A DNA stretch of 64,000 nt from Terriglobia bacterium (GTDB taxonomy: Bacteria > Acidobacteriota > Terriglobia > Acidiferrales > UBA7541), in the NCBI GenBank assembly GCA_963695545.1, contig OY968796.1:1504001-1568000 (forward strand), given 5' to 3'. Every line of letters begins with the position of its first letter. Positions within the stretch are counted from its first letter, which is position 1. The notes beneath the pieces were generated by a model that was not told the DNA's origin, made no database searches, and worked only from the letters and a program-made list of their open reading frames with translations. Shown piece after piece: positions 29,174 to 40,555 of the stretch. A program made the position numbers and the translations under genes.

Positions 29174-29195
29174 CAGGTCAGGTAACTTTCCGGAA

Positions 29196-29690
29196 ATGTC
29201 CGCGGCACAAATAATCTATCTTTCTTTGGGATCGAATCTTGGCGATCGCGCGGGCTTTATCGAGCGCGCCATTGACGCGCTGGGCGCGGCGGGGATTCGC
29301 GTGCTGCGGCGCTCGGCGATTTATGAGACCGAGCCGGTGGATTCGCCGGGATCGGGCGATTTCCTGAACATGGTAGTGGAAGCGGAAACGGCGCTCGCGC
29401 CCCAGGCTCTGCTTGCGGCGCTGCTGGGGATCGAGCGGTCGCTTGGGCGCGAGCGCACGGTGCCGCGCGGGCCGCGCACGATCGATATCGATATCTTGTT
29501 GTATGGCTCGAGCGTGGTGCGCGAGGCTGGCCTGGCGATTCCGCATCCGGGGATGGCGGCTCGGCGATTTGTGTTGGTGCCGCTGGCGGAGATTGCGGGC
29601 GGAGTGCGGCATCCGTTGCTCGATCGCACGATCGGCGAGCTGCTTGCGGAGTGTGCGGACGAGAGTCACGTGGCGGCGTGGCGCGCGTAA
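29196..29690 (+). CDS. folK: 2-amino-4-hydroxy-6-hydroxymethyldihydropteridine diphosphokinase
   Basis: YLSLGSNLGDR, S.IYETEP, FLN.V, IE..LGR.R....GPRTIDIDILLY, IPHP....RRFVLVPLAEI. Confidence 0.96.
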   Translation: MSAAQIIYLSLGSNLGDRAGFIERAIDALGAAGIRVLRRSAIYETEPVDSPGSGDFLNMVVEAETALAPQALLAALLGIERSLGRERTVPRGPRTIDIDILLYGSSVVREAGLAIPHPGMAARRFVLVPLAEIAGGVRHPLLDRTIGELLAECADESHVAAWRA

Positions 29691-29768
29691 CGCGCAAGGC
29701 TGCGGGCGAGAGTTTTTTGCTTACCAAGTGGCGCGGCGTTTGTCAGAATTAGGGGAACGACTGCGTCC

Positions 29769-31118
29769 ATGACGACGACCAGGCACGGGGGATTGGACTG
29801 GAAGACGCTGGCGGGCTTGCCGGGCTTTCGCTGGCTGTTCGCGGGCATGTTCATCTCGCTGTTCGGCACGGGGATGAACTATGCCGGCGTGACTTGGTAC
29901 ATCCTGAGCCGCACACATTCCACAGTAAGCGTGAGTTGGATGGTGATCCTGGTGACGCTGCCGGGATTGTTTGTGCCGCCGTTCGGCGGAGTGCTGATCG
30001 ATCGCGTGGACCGGCGATATCTGGCGATCACGCTGGACGTGGCGCGGTCGGTGATCGTGCTGGGCGTGGCGGCGCTGGCGATTTCGGGAAGGCTCGAGCT
30101 TTCGGGCATCTACTTGATGGAACTGCTGCTGGGGATAGGCTTCGCGATTTATTGGTCGACGACGAATTCATTGCTGCAGGAGCTGATTCCGGCGGCGCAA
30201 CTGGTGGGCGCGAACTCGGCGATATTGATCGCGGTGCAGGGCGGGATGATCGCGTCGGGGGCGGTGGTGGGATTTGTTTACGAGCGCGCGGGATTGGGCG
30301 GAATCCTGGCGATCGACGGCTTCACTTATTTCACGGCGGCGATGTGTCTGGTGGCGGTGCGGAGCGGGCGGTTCTTGCCGCACCACATTTTTTCGCCGGC
30401 GGTGCCAACGGGCGCGACGCCGGTGGAATCGGTGTTGGAGGCGACGGGGCGCGAGACGTTGCCGGGGGCGGGGTCGATGTTTTCGCGGCGGAGATTCGCG
30501 CGCGAGATCGGCGAAGGGCTGCGATATCTCGGGGAGCAGCCGCGCGTGCTGGCGCTGGGGCTGACGTACGCGTGCATGATGGCGGGCGTGATCAGCGCGA
30601 ACGTGCTGGTGGTGGCGCTGGCGCGGGACGTTTTGTCGGCGGGGCCGCGCGGATACGGATACATCGAGGCGGGCTGGGCCGTCGGAGCTGTGGCTGGGGG
30701 CCTCGCGGCGGCGTGGTTGGCGCGGCGGCGTCCCGTGCGAGTGCTGGTTGGGGCGCTCGCGATATTGGCGATCGGGCACCCACTGTTTCCGTTCGTGCGC
30801 TGGCTCGCGCTGGCTGTGGCGATGAACGCGCTGTTCGGAGCGTGTCGCGCGCTCGGCGGAGTGTTGACGCAATCCTCGCTGATGGGGATTGTGCCGCAGC
30901 GCTTGATGGGGCGAACGCTTTCGGCGTTTTCTGTGATCGCCACGATGTTGCAAATGATCATGAGTTTCCTGCTGGGTTGGTTTGCCGAGCACAGGAGCCT
31001 TGCGGATGCGTTTGTGCTACTGGGATTGTTGTACGGCGTGGCGGTGATCGCGGCGCTGCGCACGGGCTCGGTGGAATCCGCGGTGCGTTCGGTTCCTGTG
31101 CCGCCGCCGGCGGACTGA
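29769..31118 (+). CDS. MFS transporter (MFS_3/EntS-like exporter)
   Basis: About 12 hydrophobic segments; motif A GVLIDRVDRR; EI.EGLRYL; VP.RLMGR. Confidence 0.88.
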   Translation: MTTTRHGGLDWKTLAGLPGFRWLFAGMFISLFGTGMNYAGVTWYILSRTHSTVSVSWMVILVTLPGLFVPPFGGVLIDRVDRRYLAITLDVARSVIVLGVAALAISGRLELSGIYLMELLLGIGFAIYWSTTNSLLQELIPAAQLVGANSAILIAVQGGMIASGAVVGFVYERAGLGGILAIDGFTYFTAAMCLVAVRSGRFLPHHIFSPAVPTGATPVESVLEATGRETLPGAGSMFSRRRFAREIGEGLRYLGEQPRVLALGLTYACMMAGVISANVLVVALARDVLSAGPRGYGYIEAGWAVGAVAGGLAAAWLARRRPVRVLVGALAILAIGHPLFPFVRWLALAVAMNALFGACRALGGVLTQSSLMGIVPQRLMGRTLSAFSVIATMLQMIMSFLLGWFAEHRSLADAFVLLGLLYGVAVIAALRTGSVESAVRSVPVPPPAD

Positions 31119-31204
31119 TCGCAGCGCGCTACAAAATTTGCTCCCGCGCCCATTGGGAAGCGAGAATGGCGCCGTCGGACTAGGGCGTCTTCGCGGAGGG
31201 GTTC

Positions 31205-31669
31205 ATGCGCGATTTGTTTCCCGGGCTTCATTCGATGTTGAATCTCCATCCGGTGTTCGTGCATTTCCCGATTGCGTTGTGGGTTGGCGCGCTGGTGTTT
31301 GAAATTGTGGCCGTGGCGCGCGCGAGCGAGGATTGGCATCGCACCGCGGCGCGGACGCTTTATCTCGGAACGCTGGCGGCGGTGCTCGCGGTGCTGACGG
31401 GCTGGCGGGCGGAGATGTCGGTTCCTCCATTCGGCAGAGCGCGCGGCGTGATGAGCGTTCACGAGACGCTGATGTTGTTTGCGACGACGATCGCGGGCTG
31501 GCTTTGCATCGTGGCGCTGCTCAAGCCGCGAATTTCTGGCGCGGCGCAGAAATGGTTTCTGGCGGGTTTGGTGGTGCTCGTGATTCTGGTGGCGATCGGG
31601 GCGGACCGCGGCGCGGAGATGGTCTACCGGTATGCGACGTCGGTGAATTTGCCGGCAGCGGCGCCTTGA
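31205..31669 (+). CDS. DUF2231-like membrane protein
   Basis: LHPVFVHFPIAL at the N-terminus, a central His (SVHE), and GA..GA.MVY at the C-terminus. Confidence 0.8.
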   Translation: MRDLFPGLHSMLNLHPVFVHFPIALWVGALVFEIVAVARASEDWHRTAARTLYLGTLAAVLAVLTGWRAEMSVPPFGRARGVMSVHETLMLFATTIAGWLCIVALLKPRISGAAQKWFLAGLVVLVILVAIGADRGAEMVYRYATSVNLPAAAP

Positions 31670-31733
31670 AAAATTCCTGCCGGAAAAAGAGCCGCGTCCT
31701 TGGACAACTCTGCCATCATTCGGCGGGAGCGAT

Positions 31734-32199
31734 ATGCTCGTCATTTTCTTCACGGCCCTGATCTCGCTGCAGTTTCTAGTGGTGGCGTTGCACGATTGGG
31801 TGAATATTCCCGGCTGGTCGCATGGACGCCAAGTTCAGGCGGCGCTGGGAAGAAACAAGATGCTGATCGGGACGGTCATCAACTGTCTTTTTCCCGGTCT
31901 GGCGGTTGGATTCGCTCTCTACTAGTTGGAACAGACCGAAGCCGGCATTCGTTTTGGACTACTGGGTGATCTATTGCGCGGTGACCGTGATCAGCGCAAT
32001 CGCGGCGTGGTGGATTCCGTACTTCCGTGGCGCCGATGAGAAAACCAAGAAACTCTACGCGGATATGTATGCGGGCACGCGAAACATTTTGCCGCCGCGG
32101 GGCGACAATCCGCGGCCCAACCTGCTTCATCTTTATTTTCACGCGCTGTTTCTGATCACGTTGGTGTTGGCCACAGCTCTGAGGATGGGACTCGCGTAA
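31734..32199 (+). pseudogene. Membrane protein gene interrupted by a probable 1-nt insertion near 31925
   Basis: ORF1 (…HDWV…GFALY*) ends TAC TAG; removing G31925 gives TAC TAT TGG (YYW) in frame with ORF2 (…AWWIPYF…LPPRGDN.RPN.LH…), for 154 aa in total. Confidence 0.7.
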
Positions 32200-32211
32200 G
32201 GCGCGGGCGCG

Positions 32212-33936
<1,725 letters not shown>

Positions 33937-34180
33937 GGGGCCCTCCGTCGATCAGTTAAAGCAACGCGCTCCGCGCAGGTCGGCAGGCGAACCGGGATGT
34001 GCCCGGAGACCAGCAACCGCGCCAGGGAAAAGGCATCGAACGAATGAATCCGCTTGTGGGATTGCCGTGAGTCTCGTGCTCTCAGCCCGATTCTGAATCA
34101 TCCCGATTGCCCATCGGGGGAACGCCGCCCAAAGGATTAGATGCGCGTTACCCAAGGACTGTTCCGCGTGAAACTCCGTG

Positions 34181-34210
34181 ACGTTACACGCGGAAATGCG
34201 CGTTCGTCAA
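34181..34210 (-). promoter_or_regulatory. Putative rpoD promoter
   Basis: TTGACG-N18-TAACGT on the minus strand, about 240 nt upstream of the rpoD start. Confidence 0.45.
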
Positions 34211-34255
34211 CACCCTGTGTCCAACAAATTCCTGGCCGGACGGGCGAGGCCCGGT

Positions 34256-36040
34256 TCAGTGCGCGGCGTCGGACCGACGCCGGCCGAGCGCTTGTTTGCG
34301 CTCGAGCAAGCGGCGCAGCGCTTCGGCGCTTTCGGCGGATTTCGATTTCATCTGGACTTCGATTTCCGCCTGGATCGCCGCGAGTTCGGTTTCAAAGCGC
34401 AGACGGCGCAGCGTGCCGAGGCAACTTTCGGCTTCTTCCCAGGTGAAATCGCCGCCGGTCTCGAAAGCGATCTGGAACAGCAGGCGGCGATCGCGTTCTT
34501 CGAGCGCTGCGCCCAGCACGACAGCATCCGGTCGCGCATCCGAGGCATTGGAACCGAGGATCGACTCGAGCAGCGCTTCGAGGATGTGCTCGGTTTCAAG
34601 GCCGCGGTGCAAATCTTCGGAGCGAATGGCTTGTGCGAGTTGGCGGCGAAAGCCTTCGGACTCGAAGAGCAGCTGGATGAGCCGGCGTTCGACGGGTTTG
34701 CCCGGGCGAGCCACAAGTTCTGGATGCGTTTGGACTTTGTCGCGGCGCTCGGCTGCGGCGCGTTTCAAGGATTCACGCAGGACGGGTTCTTCGACGCGCA
34801 ACTGCTGCGCGATTTGGCCGGCCCATTCCGAGCGCAGCAGACGATTGGGGCTGCGCTGCACGTAGGGCAGAAGGAAGTTCACGGCGCGCAATTTTCCTTC
34901 GGCTGTGGTGAGATCCATTTGGCGTGCGCGCGCGATCAGATAGTCGAGATAGGGCGGCGCGGCTTCGAGAAGTTTGGTGTAAGCGGCAGCGCCTTGCGCG
35001 CGCAGAAAGGCGTCGGGATCTTTGCCGCCGGGCAATTGCAGCACGCGCACTTCAAAACCTTGTTCGAGCAAAAGCGTGAGCGAGCGCTCGGTGGCGGCTT
35101 GACCGGCGGAATCGGGATCGTAGTTGACGACGACGCGATGCGTGAAGCGGCCGAGCAGACGCGCCTGCGGTTCGGTGAGGCTGGTGCCGCAACTGGCCAT
35201 GACATTCGCGATTCCGGCGCGCGCGACGGCGATGGTGTCCATATAACCTTCGACCAGGATGGCGAAATCGCGCTGGCGAAGTCCTTCTTTGGCGCGATCG
35301 AGATGATAGAGCACGGCGCTTTTCGAGTAGATCGGCGTTTCGGGGGAATTCAGATATTTCGGCGGGTCGTCGCCAAGAGCGCGGCCGCCGAAGGCGATCA
35401 CTTTTCCCGATTCGTTGGCGATCGGGAAAATAATGCGGCGGCGAAAGCGGTCGTAGAGGCGGCCGGAGGAATCGCCGCTCGCGAGACCGGAAAGCGAGAG
35501 TAATTTTTCGGGATACTTCGCGCGAAGGACGCGCAGCAGCGCGTCGCCGCCGGAGGGCGCATAGCCCAGGCCGAAGCGCGCGATGGCCTGAGCGTCCAGG
35601 CCGCGATCTTCGAGATAGGCGCGCGCGGCTTTGCCTTCGAGCGTAGTTTCGAGTTGGCGCGAGAAAAACGTTTGTGCTTCGCGATGGATTTCGACGAGCG
35701 CGGTGCGCTGCTGATTTTCCTGCCGCTCTTCGGGACTGCGCTCGCGCGGCCGCGGCACGGCGATGCCGCATTTTTCCGCTACCGTGCGCACCGCATCCGG
35801 GAAGCCGCATTTTTCCATCTCCATCACGAACTGAAAAACGTCGCCGCCCACGCCGCAGCCGAAGCAATGGTAGATCTGCTTCACGGGATGCACCGCGAAC
35901 GAAGGCGTTTTTTCGGAATGGAAGGGGCACAGGCTGGTGAAATTCTGGCCGGATTTTTTCAGGCGCACGTATTCGCCCACCACGCGGACGATGTCCGCTT
36001 GCTGCTTGATCTTGTCGGCGAATGAGCCTGCTTCAGCCAT
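34256..36040 (-). CDS. dnaG: DNA primase
   Basis: CHC2 zinc finger CPFH.EKTPSF...CFGC, DRFR.RIIFPI, KYLNSPET, TOPRIM VEGYMD and YDPDSAG, KDPD. Confidence 0.98.
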   Translation of the reverse strand: MAEAGSFADKIKQQADIVRVVGEYVRLKKSGQNFTSLCPFHSEKTPSFAVHPVKQIYHCFGCGVGGDVFQFVMEMEKCGFPDAVRTVAEKCGIAVPRPRERSPEERQENQQRTALVEIHREAQTFFSRQLETTLEGKAARAYLEDRGLDAQAIARFGLGYAPSGGDALLRVLRAKYPEKLLSLSGLASGDSSGRLYDRFRRRIIFPIANESGKVIAFGGRALGDDPPKYLNSPETPIYSKSAVLYHLDRAKEGLRQRDFAILVEGYMDTIAVARAGIANVMASCGTSLTEPQARLLGRFTHRVVVNYDPDSAGQAATERSLTLLLEQGFEVRVLQLPGGKDPDAFLRAQGAAAYTKLLEAAPPYLDYLIARARQMDLTTAEGKLRAVNFLLPYVQRSPNRLLRSEWAGQIAQQLRVEEPVLRESLKRAAAERRDKVQTHPELVARPGKPVERRLIQLLFESEGFRRQLAQAIRSEDLHRGLETEHILEALLESILGSNASDARPDAVVLGAALEERDRRLLFQIAFETGGDFTWEEAESCLGTLRRLRFETELAAIQAEIEVQMKSKSAESAEALRRLLERKQALGRRRSDAAH

Positions 36041-36065
36041 GGGACGATTCCAGTTTAGCCCGCTT

Positions 36066-38510
36066 TCAATTTTTCAGCTCAACGACCGTGATGGCGTCTC
36101 CCCCGCGCTCCGCCGCCTCGGCGGAGATGCGTTCGACCAACGGATGCGTGGAGAGGAAGTCGGCGAGGCCGCGGCGCAGGGCCCCAGTGCCGTGACCATG
36201 GATCAGGCGCACGCGCGGCTTGCCGGCGATTGTGGCTTGATCGATGAATTTGTCCACGCGGCGCGTGGCTTCGTCGACGGTGCAACCGATGAGATTGATT
36301 TCGTCGACGGGCGCGCCTTCGGCGTCCTCGTCTTCCGGTTCCAGTTTCGCGCGCACCGTCACTCCGGTGCGGCCCTGCAACCGCGACGGCGCGGGCGCTG
36401 CGGCGGGAAGGATCGCGACGATGTCGTCGAGCGCGATTTTCATTCGCAGCGAGCCGGCTTCGACTTCGGCGCTGGAATTATCGACGCGGCTCAGCGTGGC
36501 CGGAGCGGGCCAGCCGCGCACGCGGACGCGCGCGCCGGGGACAAGTTGCTCGGCGCGGGGCGGGGCGTTCGCGTCTTGCGGCGCGCCGGTGCCGAGATCG
36601 GCTTGCGAAGCGGACAGTTGCTGGACCACGGCGGCGTCGGCGGCCGCTTTTGCGTCAGCGTGCAGTCCCGAAAGTTTTTTGCGCGTTTGCTTTTCGATCT
36701 GAGCGCGCAGCTCGCGATCTTTTACGCCTTCGATGGCTTGCGCGATTTGCTGCTCGTGCAGTTTCATGGTCTCGGCGAATTCGCGTTCGAGTTCGGAGAT
36801 GCGGTGGCGCTGGCGCTCGATCCATTCGGTGCGAAGTTGCCGGCGCTCGGCGTCGAGTTCGCGAGCCTGGAGAGCGGCGTCGCGCTGCGCTTGCTCGAGA
36901 TCGTCGCGCACGCGATGCAAGTAGGCGATCAGTTGCGCGGCTTCGCGCGCGGCGGGCTCGAGCAATGCGCGGGCGCGCTCGATTACTTCGTGCGGCAGGC
37001 CGAGGCGCTCGGCGATGTCAATGCCGCTTGAACCGCCGGGGACGCCGACGCGCAGGCGATATGTAGGGCGCAGCGCGACCGCATCAAATTCCACCGACGC
37101 GTTCAGCACGCCGGGCGTAGCGGCGGCGTAGGATTTCAGGCGATCGTGGTGCGTGGTTGCGAGAGTGAGAGCGCCGCGGGCGCGAAAGGCATCCAGGAGA
37201 GCGACGGCGAGCGCCGCGCCTTCTTCGGGCGCCGTGCCGGTGCCCATTTCGTCGGCCAGCACGAGAGAAGCGGGCCCGGCGATTTCGAGCATGGCGCGAA
37301 GATTCAGCATGTGCGCGGAAAACGTGGAAAGATCGGCGGCGATGGATTGCTCGTCGCCGATGTCGGCAAGGATGCGATCGAAGATGGGAAGCTCAGCCGA
37401 TTCGGCAGCCACGGGAATTGCGCATTGCGCCGCGAAGGCGGCCAGACCGACGGTTTTGAGCGCGACGGTTTTGCCGCCGGTGTTGGGGCCGCTGATGACG
37501 AGCACGGTCTCCGCTCCGCCGAGTTCGAGCGTGATCGGCACGGCCGCGCGGCCCTGGCGGCGAAGCGCGTCGTCGAGTACGGGATGGCGGGCGGCGCGCA
37601 GCGCGAGGCGGGCCGCGGCCGGGGGCGCTGCCGAAAAAATCGGGCGCGCGCAATCGAGGCGGCGACTGAATCGCGCGCGAGCGAAAATCGAATCGAATTC
37701 GGCGACAGCGGCGGCGGCCGCGCGCAATGGACCGAGCGCGGTCTGCACGCGCTCGGTGAGTTCGGCCAGCAGGCGCGCGATTTCCGCGGCTTCTTCTTCG
37801 GAGAGTTCGACGAGGCGATTGTTCAACTCGACGGTCTCGAAAGGTTCGACGAATAGAGTTTGGCCCGTGGCGCTCGACGCGTGCACCACGCCGGGAACGG
37901 CGCGACGTTCCGCGGCGCGCACGGGGAGAACGAAGCGATCGTTGCGGCGCGTGACGTAATCTTCGCCGGGCGGCAAACCGCGCTCGCGCAAGATGCGCTC
38001 GAGCGCTTTTTCGATGGAGGCGCGCGTGCGGCCGAGCGCGGTGCGGGCGCGCTTCAGAGCGGGCGAAGCGTCGTCGGCGATCGCGCCGTCGGGCAGAATC
38101 ACGCGGCGGATTTCGCGAGCGAGTGCGCGCGAATCGGCCAGCGCCGCGGCGCGCGCGGCCAGCAGCGGAAATTCCGGCACATCGCCGCGAAAAGTTTGGC
38201 GCAGCGATTCAGTTGTCTCCACGAGCGAAGCGGCGTCGAGCAATTCGAGCGGTGTGAGGATTTCGCCGACGGCTTCGGCCTTCGCGAGCCACGATTCGGG
38301 ATCGGGCAAAGCGCCGAAGCCGAGATCGCTGCCGGTGCGCAGATAGGAGACGGCTTCGGCGATCAGATCGAATTGGGATTCGAGATGAGCGCGATCGGTT
38401 GAGAACTTGAGGGCGTCGACGGCACGGCGTCCGAGCGCGCAGGTGGTCTCGCCGCGCACGAGGTCGCGCAGGCGATCGAGTTCGAGGACGTCTTGTGCCG
38501 TGCGAGACAT
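36066..38510 (-). CDS. mutS2: Endonuclease/ATPase MutS2 with Smr domain
   Basis: S.TGQTLFVEP, ISGPNTGGKTVALKT, DIGDEQSI..DLSTFSAH, DEMGTGT.PEEG, TTH, C-terminal IHGHGTGALR. Confidence 0.96.
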   Translation of the reverse strand: MSRTAQDVLELDRLRDLVRGETTCALGRRAVDALKFSTDRAHLESQFDLIAEAVSYLRTGSDLGFGALPDPESWLAKAEAVGEILTPLELLDAASLVETTESLRQTFRGDVPEFPLLAARAAALADSRALAREIRRVILPDGAIADDASPALKRARTALGRTRASIEKALERILRERGLPPGEDYVTRRNDRFVLPVRAAERRAVPGVVHASSATGQTLFVEPFETVELNNRLVELSEEEAAEIARLLAELTERVQTALGPLRAAAAAVAEFDSIFARARFSRRLDCARPIFSAAPPAAARLALRAARHPVLDDALRRQGRAAVPITLELGGAETVLVISGPNTGGKTVALKTVGLAAFAAQCAIPVAAESAELPIFDRILADIGDEQSIAADLSTFSAHMLNLRAMLEIAGPASLVLADEMGTGTAPEEGAALAVALLDAFRARGALTLATTHHDRLKSYAAATPGVLNASVEFDAVALRPTYRLRVGVPGGSSGIDIAERLGLPHEVIERARALLEPAAREAAQLIAYLHRVRDDLEQAQRDAALQARELDAERRQLRTEWIERQRHRISELEREFAETMKLHEQQIAQAIEGVKDRELRAQIEKQTRKKLSGLHADAKAAADAAVVQQLSASQADLGTGAPQDANAPPRAEQLVPGARVRVRGWPAPATLSRVDNSSAEVEAGSLRMKIALDDIVAILPAAAPAPSRLQGRTGVTVRAKLEPEDEDAEGAPVDEINLIGCTVDEATRRVDKFIDQATIAGKPRVRLIHGHGTGALRRGLADFLSTHPLVERISAEAAERGGDAITVVELKN

Positions 38511-38548
38511 GGAAGTTTCAGAAGAGCGCGAGCGAGGGCGCGCTTCAA

Positions 38549-40387
38549 CTAGCGCTGATTCTCCTTCGGAGTGTTTTTCGGCGCGGCGGTCTTCGCGCGG
38601 GGCGACACACTTGGCGAAGGTTTGATTTCTTCGACCATGGCGACCGCGATCGAGTCGAGCACGGCCTCGGCGTCGTGTCCGGGCATGGCGTGATCGTCGC
38701 TCAAGAAAGAAAAAACCAGATGCGCGCCGCCGACCGATGTGGCGTAACCCGAAAGCGCATTGACGTGCTCGAGCGTGCCGGTCTTGGCTTGGATGCGGCC
38801 GTCAGCGGACGTGGCCTTCATGCGATTGCTCAACGTTCCGTCTTCGCCCGCGACGGGCAGCGTCGAGCGGAATAGATCGCCCCAGGATTGTTTTGACGCG
38901 TATTCGAGAAGCGCGACGACGGCGCGCGGCGTCACCAGATCCTCGCGCGAAAGGCCCGAGCCGTCGGTGAGCAGTGCGCCGCCTGCGGGCAGACCGGCGG
39001 CGTCGCGCCACGATTCGGCGAAGGGCAGTGCGTCTTCCATCGACGTCGCGCCGGTTGTTTCTCGCGCCGCCACGCGGAGGAGCAATTCGGCGTGCAGATT
39101 TTCGCTGATCTTATTCACGAGGCGCACGTCTTCGGCGAGCGGCAACGAAACGTGTTCGGCCAGCACGGTGGACGGAGCGGCAGTAGCGGTTACCTCGGGC
39201 GCGGCGCTTGGCGCGGCCGGAGCGCTCGCTGCATTAGGCGCGGCTTGCGGGGCTTGTGCGTCCGGCGCTTGCGCATCGGGAGGAATCGGTGCGCTTGGTG
39301 CATTTGCCGCGTCGGGCGCACCGGGCGCGGGCGGCGGCGTGCCGAAGTCGCGCGCGGGCAGCGTTTCGGCGGGAGGTTCGGCATGCTGCGCACGCGGCTG
39401 ACCGAAAATTTTCACGCCGCGCGTTTCGAGCAATTGCGTGAGCAGCGCCGCGGCGTATTCCGCGGGCTCTTCGATCGCGATGGTCAGCGCGCGGGGCGCG
39501 GCGCCGATGGGGATTGAGCCCGAGAGATGAATCGTTCGCGAGCCGGGCTCGCGCGTGACGCGCAACTTTACGGGCGAGCCGTGCGCGCCAGTCGAGATCT
39601 GGTTGTCGATGGTGTAAAAGCCGGCCCAAGGCTCGGCGTCGAACGAAGCGGCGTCGCCCTCGCGCGCGGCAGGACGCAATTCGAGAGCGAGAGTATTGTC
39701 GTTGACGGCGATGGCGTCGACCGCGGCGCCGGAATTCCACTGAATATCGTCGACAGTCCAGCCAGCGGGAAAGCGCTGATAGGAAAAATAAGTGTCGTCG
39801 GCGACCACGTCTCCGGAAATCTGGCGCACGCCGCGCGCCACGACCTGATCGGCTAGATCGGCCAAGACTTTTTCCGGCGGACCGTCGCGCTCAACTTCCT
39901 TGTCGAAAGGAAACTTGCGATTCGAGAGATTGGGATCGCCGCGTCCCATGAGAACCAGGTCGCCGGCGAGGCGGCCCTCGGGCGAAAGCGCGCCGCGCGT
40001 TTCGATCGTGGTGCGGATGCGGAATTCGGGGCCGAGCGTTGCGAGCGCCAGCGCGGTGGTGAAGAGCTTGGTGTTCGACGCGGGCGCGAAATATCGATCG
40101 GCGCCCGATTCGTAGAGCACAGCCCCGGTGTCGGCGTCGGCGACGAGCAAGCCCCACGATCCGGTGTCGGCGCCACGCGCGGCGAGTTGCGCTTCGGCGC
40201 GCGCGGCGAATCGCTGGACGTCGGCGCGCGCGGCGGCGCGGCCGGCGCCTGCCGCAGCAGGCGTGGTGTGCTCGGGGTGACCGTGCGGCGGGCGGGACTG
40301 CGCGGCAACGCCGAACGCCGCTGCCAACATCATAAGGAGTGCGCCGCCAATCGGCCGTTTCGCGCGGCCGAAAGTACGCGGCGGCAT
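38549..40387 (-). CDS. dacB: D-Ala-D-Ala carboxypeptidase/endopeptidase (peptidase S13, PBP4)
   Basis: SxxK (PASNTK), G.GDP.LS, SxN (ISENLHAE), DGSGLSR, KTG (AKTGTL); signal peptide. Start codon uncertain. Confidence 0.93.
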   Translation of the reverse strand: MPPRTFGRAKRPIGGALLMMLAAAFGVAAQSRPPHGHPEHTTPAAAGAGRAAARADVQRFAARAEAQLAARGADTGSWGLLVADADTGAVLYESGADRYFAPASNTKLFTTALALATLGPEFRIRTTIETRGALSPEGRLAGDLVLMGRGDPNLSNRKFPFDKEVERDGPPEKVLADLADQVVARGVRQISGDVVADDTYFSYQRFPAGWTVDDIQWNSGAAVDAIAVNDNTLALELRPAAREGDAASFDAEPWAGFYTIDNQISTGAHGSPVKLRVTREPGSRTIHLSGSIPIGAAPRALTIAIEEPAEYAAALLTQLLETRGVKIFGQPRAQHAEPPAETLPARDFGTPPPAPGAPDAANAPSAPIPPDAQAPDAQAPQAAPNAASAPAAPSAAPEVTATAAPSTVLAEHVSLPLAEDVRLVNKISENLHAELLLRVAARETTGATSMEDALPFAESWRDAAGLPAGGALLTDGSGLSREDLVTPRAVVALLEYASKQSWGDLFRSTLPVAGEDGTLSNRMKATSADGRIQAKTGTLEHVNALSGYATSVGGAHLVFSFLSDDHAMPGHDAEAVLDSIAVAMVEEIKPSPSVSPRAKTAAPKNTPKENQR

Positions 40388-40555
40388 TTTGAAATTTGCG
40401 GAGTCCAACATATCGACAGCGCGATTATATGCCAACGCCATGGCAGCCGCCGATTGGCGCGGGCGCGCGGGCGCCGCGGCGCGTTGCAAGGAGTTGTGTG
40501 AAGACCTATCATGAAGTCCTGCCGCGCAGAGGATCGGTCCAAAGGAGAATTCCGC

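Noticed and set aside
29894..31753. Long alternative ORFs 29894..31183(+) and 30326..31753(-)
   Set aside because: Gly/Arg-rich shadow frames of the MFS and DUF2231 genes, expected in GC-rich DNA.
34040..34140. c-di-GMP-I riboswitch in the rpoD leader (GGCAA motifs)
   Set aside because: Lacks the GGCAAAC...GAAA tetraloop and GCAAAG junction pattern.
34178..35503. 441-aa plus-strand ORF
   Set aside because: Antisense shadow of dnaG with no recognisable motifs.
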